DNA of 10,901 bases from Salpingoeca rosetta (lineage: Eukaryota > Protista > Choanoflagellata): the NCBI GenBank assembly GCA_033442325.1, contig JAWQFM010000007.1, forward strand, positions 1,711,642 through 1,722,542, written 5' to 3'. Of the stretch, positions 1-7,781 are shown piece by piece. Both the position numbers and the translations under genes were made by a program. Below the pieces are notes generated by a model. The model saw only the letters and a list, made by a program, of their open reading frames with translations. It was not told the origin of the DNA and did no database searches. Within the stretch, counting starts at the first letter, position 1. Each line of letters begins with the position of its first letter.

Positions 1-2438
1 TGAACGCGGTGACCGTCCCAGACGCCTTCCCCATGCCGCGCCTCGATGACACCCTTGACAACATGGGTGGCGCGAGCTTCTTCACTACGCTCGACCTTGC
101 GTCAGCGTACCACCAGTGCCCGCTGGCGGAGGATGCGCGCCAGAAGACGGCGTTCATCACCCACACGGGCCTGTATGAGTTCCAGGTGGTGCCGTTTGGC
201 CTGCGCAACGCCCCGGCGTTCTTCCAACGGTCCATGCAGGCCGCGCTGGCTGATGTTCGCAACGCGTGCATCTACCTGGACGACATCCTGTTGTTCAGCT
301 CCAGCTTTGACGAGCACATCGCCCTGCTCGACAAGGTGCTGCAGCGCCTGCAGGAGGTTGGCTTGCGCCTCAAGCGTGAAAAATGCCACTTCCTGCAACG
401 CCGCACGGAGTACCTTGGCCACATCGTCTCGGCTGACGGTGTGCGCCCCGACCCGGCGAAGCTGGATGGTATCTCCAAGCTTGCGCCTCCGTCGTCAGTG
501 GAGGACATCCGCCGCGTGTTGGGCATGATTGGCTTCTATCGCCGGTTCATTCCCCAGTTTGCCCGCATTGCTGCGCCCCTTTATCGGCTGCTGAAGAAGG
601 ATGTGCCCTTTGACTTCGGAGAGCAGCAGCTGGCCGCCTTCAACGAGCTTCGCGCTGAGCTCTGCCGCGCGCCAGTCCTGGCCTATCCCGACTTCACGCG
701 TGCGTTCCGCATCACCACGGATGCTTCCGGCACAGGCCTTGGCGCCGTGCTGTCGCAAGCCGGCGACGATGGCGTGCACCACCCGGTGGCGTTCATCAGC
801 CGGGCGCTGAACGCGGCGGAGAAAAACTACTCCGTCAGCGAGCAGGAGTGCCTTGGTGTCGTCTGGGCCATCCGCAAGTTCCGACCGTACGTCTTTGCGA
901 CCACGTTTGAGGTCGTCACGGACCACGCTGCCCTGCGTTGGCTGCGATCCATCCGTGATCCGCGCGGTCGCCTTGGACGCTGGAGCCTCGAGCTGCAGGA
1001 CTGCGACTTTGAGGTCATTCACCGACCAGGCAGCAGCAACGTGGTTGCCGATGCGCTCTCCCGCCTTCCTCGCGATGCTGTTGAGCAGTCGCCAGCCGAG
1101 CCCGCAGTTGACGTGGTTGCCGCACCGGTCCTGCCGCAACAACTCGACGACGATGACGACGACGCGGATGAGGGCGAGAGCGGTGACGACGAGGACCCGC
1201 TCTTGGCTGAGCCAGACCAACCTACGGTTGTGCGAAGCCGCACGCCCGCCTGGCTCACGCCCAATGCCATCAAGGCTGGACAGCAGGCAGACCCGCTCTG
1301 CGTTGCAGTGCGCGCAGCTCGGGAGGGNNNNNNNNNNNNNNNNNNNNNNNNNNNNNNNNNNNNNNNNNNNNNNNNNNNNNNNNNNNNNNNNNNNNNNNNN
1401 NNNNNNNNNNNNNNNNNNNNNNNNNNNNNNNNNNNNNNNNNNNNNNNNNNNNNNNNNNNNNNNNNNNNNNNNNNNNNNNNNNNNNNNNNNNNNNNNNNNN
1501 NNNNNNNNNNNNNNNNNNNNNNNNNNNNNNNNNNNNNNNNNNNNNNNNNNNNNNNNNNNNNNNNNNNNNNNNNNNNNNNNNNNNNNNNNNNNNNNNNNNN
1601 NNNNNNNNNNNNNNNNNNNNNNNNNNNNNNNNNNNNNNNNNNNNNNNNNNNNNNNNNNNNNNNNNNNNNNNNNNNNNNNNNNNNNNNNNNNNNNNNNNNN
1701 NNNNNNNNNNNNNNNNNNNNNNNNNNNNNNNNNNNNNNNNNNNNNNNNNNNNNNNNNNNNNNNNNNNNNNNNNNNNNNNNNNNNNNNNNNNNNNNNNNNN
1801 NNNNNNNNNNNNNNNNNNNNNNNNNNNNNNNNNNNNNNNNNNNNNNNNNNNNNNNNNNNNNNNNNNNNNNNNNNNNNNNNNNNNNNNNNNNNNNNNNNNN
1901 NNNNNNNNNNNNNNNNNNNNNNNNNNNNNNNNNNNNNNNNNNNNNNNNNNNNNNNNNNNNNNNNNNNNNNNNNNNNNNNNNNNNNNNNNNNNNNNNNNNN
2001 NNNNNNNNNNNNNNNNNNNNNNNNNNNNNNNNNNNNNNNNNNNNNNNNNNNNNNNNNNNNNTGGCCTACAACACCAGCTTCCACCCAACCGTCGGCAACA
2101 CGCCGTACTTCCTGCGGTTCGGCTGCGAGCCTCCGACCAGCGTCACCAGCATCCTGTCCGACATACCCGAAGACGTGTCCGGCCACATGGTGGACGTGTT
2201 GAGCGCCCTGCACCAGGCTCACGCCCGCGCCAAGGAGCTGCTGGCGGATGCGACGCAGGCCCGCGAGGAGCTCAACCAGCACAAGGCCGATAAGTACAAG
2301 GAGTTCAAGGCTGGCGACCTTGTGCTTCTCCATGTGCCGCGCGTCCCGACCGGCGCAAAGCTCAAACGGGGCAAGCCCTGGCGCGGGCCCTTCAAGGTTG
2401 CCAAGAAGAACTCCGCCGTCAACTACACCATCGTGCCG
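1..2438 (+). mobile_element. Ty3/Gypsy LTR retrotransposon copy A, partial (5' end outside window, 3' end truncated after the integrase GPF motif)
   Basis: Domain order RT-RNaseH-IN is diagnostic of Ty3/Gypsy. Near-identical to 4828-7208. No PPT or native tail follows VNYTIVP. Confidence 0.95.
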
Positions 2439-2636
2439 AACTTACAACAGATTATGAGACCCAGCTCAATTAGCGCAGACGGCATCAAGGTCTTCGCTGG
2501 CGCTGAGCAGGATGCCAACCTCTTCTTCATCACCGTCGAGGCCAAGCTCATCGCCGCTGGCATCGACGCTGGTGTTGTGAGGCGTGTGTGGTCATGCCTT
2601 TCACTGGCATGCTCATCGTTTGATGTACATGTTTGA
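3..2636 (+). CDS. pol: Gypsy Pol (RT, RNase H, integrase C-terminus), 5' partial and spanning a gap; the last ~65 codons are Copia-fragment and LTR read-through
   Basis: Motifs LDLASAYHQ, KTAFIT, PFGLRNAP, YLDD (273-284), YLGH, TDAS, NYSVSEQECL, TDHAAL, ADALSR, AYNTSFH, GDLVLL and WRGPFKV. The stop TGA at 2634-2636 lies inside the LTR. Confidence 0.93.
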   Translation, partial: NAVTVPDAFPMPRLDDTLDNMGGASFFTTLDLASAYHQCPLAEDARQKTAFITHTGLYEFQVVPFGLRNAPAFFQRSMQAALADVRNACIYLDDILLFSSSFDEHIALLDKVLQRLQEVGLRLKREKCHFLQRRTEYLGHIVSADGVRPDPAKLDGISKLAPPSSVEDIRRVLGMIGFYRRFIPQFARIAAPLYRLLKKDVPFDFGEQQLAAFNELRAELCRAPVLAYPDFTRAFRITTDASGTGLGAVLSQAGDDGVHHPVAFISRALNAAEKNYSVSEQECLGVVWAIRKFRPYVFATTFEVVTDHAALRWLRSIRDPRGRLGRWSLELQDCDFEVIHRPGSSNVVADALSRLPRDAVEQSPAEPAVDVVAAPVLPQQLDDDDDDADEGESGDDEDPLLAEPDQPTVVRSRTPAWLTPNAIKAGQQADPLCVAVRAAREXXXXXXXXXXXXXXXXXXXXXXXXXXXXXXXXXXXXXXXXXXXXXXXXXXXXXXXXXXXXXXXXXXXXXXXXXXXXXXXXXXXXXXXXXXXXXXXXXXXXXXXXXXXXXXXXXXXXXXXXXXXXXXXXXXXXXXXXXXXXXXXXXXXXXXXXXXXXXXXXXXXXXXXXXXXXXXXXXXXXXXXXXXXXXXXXXXXXXXXXXXXXXXXXXXXXXXXXXXXXXXXXXXXXXXXXXXXXXXXXXXXXXXAYNTSFHPTVGNTPYFLRFGCEPPTSVTSILSDIPEDVSGHMVDVLSALHQAHARAKELLADATQAREELNQHKADKYKEFKAGDLVLLHVPRVPTGAKLKRGKPWRGPFKVAKKNSAVNYTIVPNLQQIMRPSSISADGIKVFAGAEQDANLFFITVEAKLIAAGIDAGVVRRVWSCLSLACSSFDVHV
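1328..2061. other. N gap (734 nt)
   Basis: Run of N. Corresponds exactly to 6157-6890 in copy B. Confidence 0.99.
2439..2572 (+). mobile_element. Ty1/Copia-like 5' fragment: LTR 3' end, PBS and first ~40 gag codons
   Basis: TTACAACA ends at 2449 and is immediately followed by GATTATGAGACCCAG. ATG 2454 starts MRPSSISADGIKVFAGAEQDANLFFITVEAKLIAAGID, which by eye resembles the Copia Gag N-terminal pattern I..F.G......W/F...ea.L...Gl. Left boundary is approximate. Confidence 0.7.
2450..2464 (+). promoter_or_regulatory. Copia-type primer-binding site complementary to the tRNA-Met anticodon arm (half-tRNA priming)
   Basis: Reverse complement is CUGGGUCUCAUAAUC. It is in the same register as the copia PBS GGTTATGGGCCCAG and directly abuts CAACA. 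Confidence 0.7.
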
Positions 2637-2941
2637 ATTACCCCGCTGCTTTGGTTTTCAACATCTCTGTATGTCGTGTCGCGGTCTTGTGGGGATTTCC
2701 CCACAAGGCTGCTGTGTGCTTGTTGGTGTCGACTTTCCTTCCATATCTTGGCAGATTTTCCTCTTGTTGTTCTTGAGCTGAGTTGTTCCACGCGAGTCAC
2801 CGTTCGCTTGTGCTTGTGGTGTTCCTGCTGCACACGTTCGTGTGCCTGTTCCCTGCGCTTGCTGCCCGTCTCTTCTGCCTCCGGGCCCGTCTGCTCTCCC
2901 CTCCTTGCACATTAAACCCACACACGCACTTCCCCTTAACA
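2573..2941 (+). repeat. Gypsy left LTR (369 bp)
   Basis: Starts TGTTG, ends TAACA (TGTT/AACA inverted termini). 2727-2941 is repeated at 7554-7781 and homology stops exactly at ...CCCCTTAACA. The left boundary comes from the TG motif and a composition shift, because the matching part of the right LTR is in a gap. Confidence 0.85.
2911..2916 (+). promoter_or_regulatory. Candidate polyadenylation signal ATTAAA (also at 7751-7756)
   Basis: Hexamer present in both LTRs, 25 nt before the LTR end, in otherwise A-poor sequence. Confidence 0.5.
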
Positions 2942-2943
2942 TT

Positions 2944-2957
2944 TGGTGATCATTGAG
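2944..2957 (+). promoter_or_regulatory. Gypsy primer-binding site candidate (TGGTGATCATTGAG)
   Basis: TGG (anti-CCA) begins 2 nt after the LTR-terminal CA. The cognate tRNA was not identified. Confidence 0.7.
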
Positions 2958-3105
2958 CCCTGTCTCTCCTTCTGTCGATGGTGCGATCCGTTCGTTTGTT
3001 TGTGTGCATTGAGCTCCGTTGTTCTGCATCAAGCGCCTCCGCTTTCACTTGTGTCTCTCTTGCTCTCTCTGGCTCCCTCTTGCTCTGTTCTGTTCAGCTG
3101 CAGGT

Positions 3106-3526
3106 ATGACTGTTGGAACACGTTCTTCTACGGCCCAACCACGTCGCACCCCCAAGGTGCCGAATCCGAGCGAGGAGGATGAGGACGCCTTCGAGGACGC
3201 TTCGTCGGCGCCCGCATCTTCGACAGCCGCAACACCACGCACGCCGCAGAGCGTCCCTGCGTCCGCAGCACGCTTGCCCATCGATAAGATGGCAGGTTTT
3301 AAGTGCTCGGACGTCACACGCTGGGTGCGTCGGTTCAAGACGTTGTGCGCTGCTGTTGGCGCGCACCCTGGTCGCGTGCTTCCACTCTACGTCTCCGCTG
3401 AGGTCCTCGACATGTTGCTCGACAGTGACGTTGACCTCGATGACTTTGAGGCGGTTGCTGCCCTCCTAGAGCGCACCTACGGTGTGCAGAAGACCTCCTG
3501 TCTCTGCGACGCCGGCTGCAGACCAG
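3106..3526 (+). CDS. gag: Gypsy Gag N-terminal part (runs into gap)
   Basis: ATG 3106 gives MTVGTRSS..., then a low-complexity stretch, then a capsid-like FKCSDVTRWVRRF...LPLYV...LERTYG. Position downstream of the PBS fits gag. Confidence 0.8.
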
Positions 3527-3626
3527 NNNNNNNNNNNNNNNNNNNNNNNNNNNNNNNNNNNNNNNNNNNNNNNNNNNNNNNNNNNNNNNNNNNNNNNNNN
3601 NNNNNNNNNNNNNNNNNNNNNNNNNN
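3527..3626. other. N gap (100 nt, probably an unknown-size placeholder)
   Basis: Run of exactly 100 N within gag. Confidence 0.97.
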
Positions 3627-6600
3627 GCAATTTCCCGGCTGTGCGCGGACCTCGAGGAGAGTGTCGACAACTACATTGGCCTCTTTCTCGCAGGGCTCCA
3701 CGAGGACATCGCGGTGCTCCTGGGCCTGCAGCAGTTCGATACCTTTGCTGCTGCTGTGTCGCAGGCACGCCTTGCTGAGGCACGTGTTGCGTCTCGGCGA
3801 GGCCACGCGCGCACCGAGGAGGGTGTGGCCACGGTTGAGGCTGAGCAGGATCGCGGCAAGCGTTCTGCAGATGGCCGCATCGTGTGCTTTTACTGCCGCA
3901 CTCCCGGTCATCGCATCCGCGACTGTCGCAAGCGCATGCTGGCTGACAAGCGTCGCCAGCAGCCGCATCGTCCGCAGCCTGGCCGCACTGCCGCTGTGGT
4001 GCAGGCCACGCACGACTCCTTTGAGTCTGAGGCTGCGTCGGTTGCGGTTGCTTCGACGAGCGCCCGGGACGTGTTGCCACCGTTCGTGGTTGAGGGCACT
4101 TTCAACGGTGCCAACACCATGATGCTGGTTGACACTGGTGCGCTTGTTTCCCTCGTGTCTGCAGACGTTGCTGATAGCGCTGGCGTGGGGCCGCTGCGCC
4201 CTAGCGGCATTGTGCTGCGAGGTGCTAACCAGCAGCGCATCCACGTCAAGGGTTGCATGAGCCAAGTGCCCCTGTGCATCGATGGCGTGCAGCTGCAGCA
4301 TGACTTCATCGTGGCGGAGCGTCTTGCTCACCCCGTCATCTTGGGTGTGGAGCTGCTCTCGGCCCTCGGTGCGGTCATCGACGTGCGCCAGCGTCGCCTC
4401 GTGTTTCACCGCGGCACCCACCGCAGCAGCACCTCCGCTCGACTCCTCGAGTCATCGGCGTGTGTCGTCACACACGAAGCTGATGAGGTGGCTGCCGTGC
4501 AGGACGATGCCCCGGCTGTGCTCACGCAGGAGCAGCAGTCCGAGGTGGAGCAGCTGCTGGACAAGCACAGCGCTGCGTTTGCTTCTGCCGCCACCGTGGG
4601 CGTTCCAGCGAAGCTACCACCGATGCGCATCGACACGGGTGATCACCCACCGGTGTCCCGGCACCCATACCGCCGCTCGGCCACTGAGCGTGCGGTCATC
4701 GAGGAGACTGTGCAGCAGTTCCTCAAGGATGGGGTGATCAAGCCCAGCTTCTCGCCGTGGGCATCCCCAGTGGTGCTGGTGAAGAAGAAGAGTGGGGAAT
4801 GGCGCTTCTGTGTCGATTACCGCAAACTGAACGCGGTGACCGTCCCAGACGCCTTCCCCATGCCGCGCCTCGATGACACCCTTGACAACATGGGTGGCGC
4901 GAGCTTCTTCACTACGCTCGACCTTGCGTCAGCGTACCACCAGTGCCCGCTGGCGGAGGATGCGCGCCAGAAGACGGCGTTCATCACCCACACGGGCCTG
5001 TATGAGTTCCAGGTGGTGCCGTTTGGCCTGCGCAACGCCCCGGCGTTCTTCCAACGGTCCATGCAGGCCGCGCTGGCTGATGTTCGCAACGCGTGCATCT
5101 ACCTGGACGACATCCTGTTGTTCAGCTCCAGCTTTGACGAGCACATCGCCCTGCTCGACAAGGTGCTGCAGCGCCTGCAGGAGGTTGGCTTGCGCCTCAA
5201 ACCTGAAAAATGCCACTTCCTGCAGCGCCGCACGGAGTACCTTGGCCACATCGTCTCGGCTGACGGTGTGCGCCCCGACCCGGCGAAGCTGGATGGTATC
5301 TCCAAGCTTGCGCCTCCGTCGTCAGTGGAGGACATCCGCCGCGTGTTGGGCATGATTGGCTTCTATCGCCGGTTCATTCCCCAGTTTGCCCCGCATTGCT
5401 GCGCCCCCTTTATCGGCTGCTGAAGAAGGATGTGCCCTTTGACTTCGGAGAGCAGCAGCTGGCCGCCTTCAACGAGCTTCGCGCTGAGCTCTGCCGCGCG
5501 CCAGTCCTGGCCTATCCCGACTTCACGCGTGCGTTCCGCATCACCACGGATGCTTCCGGCACAGGCCTTGGCGCCGTGCTGTCGCAAGCCGGCGACGATG
5601 GCGTGCACCACCCGGTGGCGTTCATCAGCCGGGCGCTGAACGCGGCGGAGAAAAACTACTCCGTCAGCGAGCAGGAGTGCCTTGGTGTCGTCTGGGCCAT
5701 CCGCAAGTTCCGACCGTACGTCTTTGCGACCACGTTTGAGGTCGTCACGGACCACGCTGCCCTGCGTTGGCTGCGATCCATCCGTGATCCGCGCGGTCGC
5801 CTTGGACGCTGGAGCCTCGAGCTGCAGGACTGCGACTTTGAGGTCATTCACCGACCAGGCAGCAGCAACGTGGTTGCCGATGCGCTCTCCCGCCTTCCTC
5901 GCGATGCTGTTGAGCAGTCGCCAGCCGAGCCCGCGGTTGACGTGGTTGCCGCACCGGTCCTGCCGCAACAACTCGACGACGATGACGACGACGCGGATGA
6001 GGGCGAGAGCGGTGACGACGAGGACCCGCTCTTGGCTGAGCCAGACCAACCTACGGTTGTGCGAAGCCGCACGCCCGCCTGGCTCACGCCCAATGCCATC
6101 AAGGCTGGACAGCAGGCAGACCCGCTCTGCGTTGCAGTGCGCGCAGCTCGGGAGGGGAAGGAGGCAGTTGACCTGAGCGCTGCCGCCCTCCCCGCCAAGC
6201 AGTTTTGGTCCAGCCTGCACCACTTTCGCGATGTCGGTGGCATCATCCGGTTTGACAACCAGGCCGTCCTGCCTGCCAGCCTCCTCAAGCAGGCACTGCG
6301 ACAGGCCCATGACCACCCCTCGTCTGGCCACCTGGGCATCGAGCGCACGTACCGCCGCGTGTCAGCGCAGTTCTACCTGCCTGGCCTCTACGCCAGAACC
6401 AAGGAGTACGTTCAGTGCTGCGTCCCCTGCCAGCGTGTGAAGCAGAAGCCGCCGACCGCCCTGCCAATGGGCCGCGTCGTCGCATCCCGGCCAATGGAGC
6501 TGGTGGCCATGGACTTTCTCGGCCCGCTGCCGGCCTCTGCCCGAGGCAACAAGCACTTGTTGGTCATCAGCGATGTCTTCACCAAGTTTGTCATGGCCGT

Positions 6601-7208
6601 CCCGCTGCGTGACCAGAAGGCTGCCACCGTCGTCGACGCGCTCACCACGCACTTCTTCGCCACGCACGGCATCCCAGAGAAGCTGTTGAGCGACCAGGGC
6701 CCCAGCTTCCGCGCCAAAGACACGGCGGACCTGTTTCGTCTGCTGCGTGTGCGAAAGATCTGGACCAGCCCGTACCACCCGCAGACCGATGGCATGGTCG
6801 AGCGCTGGAACCGCACCGTTTGCAAGATGCTGGGCACCCTCGTCAACACGCGCCAGACGGACTGGGACAAGTTCGTCGGCCTCGTCACCCTGGCCTACAA
6901 CACCAGCTTCCACCCAACCGTCGGCAACACGCCGTACTTCCTGCGGTTCGGCTGCGAGCCTCCGACCAGCGTCACCAGCATCCTGTCCGACATACCCGAA
7001 GACGTGTCCGGCCACATGGTGGACGTGTTGAGCGCCCTGCACCAGGCTCACGCCCGCGCCAAGGAGCTGCTGGCGGATGCGACGCAGGCCCGCGAGGAGC
7101 TCAACCAGCACAAGGCCGATAAGTACAAGGAGTTCAAGGCTGGCGACCTTGTGCTTCTCCATGTGCCGCGCGTCCCGACCGGCGCAAGCTCAAACTGGGC
7201 AAGCCCTG
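3627..7208 (+). CDS. gag-pol: Gypsy Gag-Pol: capsid C-terminus, CCHC knuckle, aspartic protease, RT, RNase H, integrase; apparent +2 frameshift at 5389-5408
   Basis: The frame is open from the gap edge (AISRLCADL...FLAGLHEDI). Motifs: CFYCRTPGHRIRDC 3885-3926, DTGA 4131-4142, ILGVELL, SPWASPVVLV, WRFCVDYRKLN, YLDD 5100-5111, TDAS, HDHPSSGH...CVPC, and the DDE triad in VAMDF, SDQG and GMVERWN. Combines ORFs 3714-5423 and 5396-7606. Confidence 0.95.
4828..7208 (+). repeat. Direct repeat of 1-2380 (offset 4827-4829)
   Basis: By-eye alignment found about 5 substitutions and 3 single-base indels over ~1.65 kb of comparable sequence. Confidence 0.97.
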
Positions 7209-7553
7209 NNNNNNNNNNNNNNNNNNNNNNNNNNNNNNNNNNNNNNNNNNNNNNNNNNNNNNNNNNNNNNNNNNNNNNNNNNNNNNNNNNNNNNNNNNNN
7301 NNNNNNNNNNNNNNNNNNNNNNNNNNNNNNNNNNNNNNNNNNNNNNNNNNNNNNNNNNNNNNNNNNNNNNNNNNNNNNNNNNNNNNNNNNNNNNNNNNNN
7401 NNNNNNNNNNNNNNNNNNNNNNNNNNNNNNNNNNNNNNNNNNNNNNNNNNNNNNNNNNNNNNNNNNNNNNNNNNNNNNNNNNNNNNNNNNNNNNNNNNNN
7501 NNNNNNNNNNNNNNNNNNNNNNNNNNNNNNNNNNNNNNNNNNNNNNNNNNNNN
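7209..7553. other. N gap (345 nt) hiding the Gypsy pol end, PPT and LTR start
   Basis: Run of N. Confidence 0.99.
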
Positions 7554-7781
7554 TGTCGACTTTCCTTCCATATCCTGGCAGAATTTTCCTCTTGTGTCTG
7601 AGCTGAGTGTTCCACGCGAGTCACCGTTCGCTTGTGCTTCCCTCTGCTCCCGCTTGTGGTGTTCCTGCTGCACACGTTCGTGTGCCTGTTCCCTGCGCTT
7701 GCTGCCCGTCTCTTCTGCCTCCGGGCCCGTCTGCTCTCCCCTCCTTGCACATTAAACCCACACACGCACTTCCCCTTAACA
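7554..7781 (+). repeat. Gypsy right LTR, 3' portion (5' part in gap)
   Basis: Matches 2727-2941 with an extra 16 bp at 7640-7655 and several 1-bp differences near the gap edge. Ends TAACA. Confidence 0.93.

Larger units (their letters stand above)
2573..7781 (+). mobile_element. Ty3/Gypsy LTR retrotransposon copy B, ~5.2 kb, LTR-gag-pol-LTR
   Basis: Two direct LTRs, a PBS and the complete domain order CA-NC-PR-RT-RH-IN. Flanks GCTGG and CATGC do not match, so there is no TSD. Confidence 0.92.

Noticed and set aside
2400-2636. Chromodomain at the integrase C-terminus
   Set aside because: No chromodomain motif is visible. The native tail is replaced in copy A and gapped in copy B, so chromovirus status is undetermined.
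2942-2960. Tf1-type self-priming PBS
   Set aside because: No complement was found within the LTR by eye, and the TGG start indicates tRNA 3'-end priming.
2658-3182. ORFs across the LTR and leader (possible env or accessory gene)
   Set aside because: Low-complexity C/L/S/V-rich translations of TG/TC-rich noncoding DNA, disrupted by indels in the second LTR.
5389-5408. Frameshift splitting RT from RNase H in copy B (possible programmed frameshift or pseudogene)
   Set aside because: It consists of two extra C's in C homopolymers relative to the intact copy A (~562-578). This is most simply sequencing error and is not at a gag/pol boundary.
7183-7208. Divergent integrase end in copy B (ASSNWASP)
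   Set aside because: One missing A plus one substitution next to the gap edge. Copy A gives the proper frame.
7554-7612. Single-base differences between the LTRs as a dating signal
   Set aside because: They cluster at a contig edge in short homopolymers and are probably errors, so they are unsuitable for age estimates.
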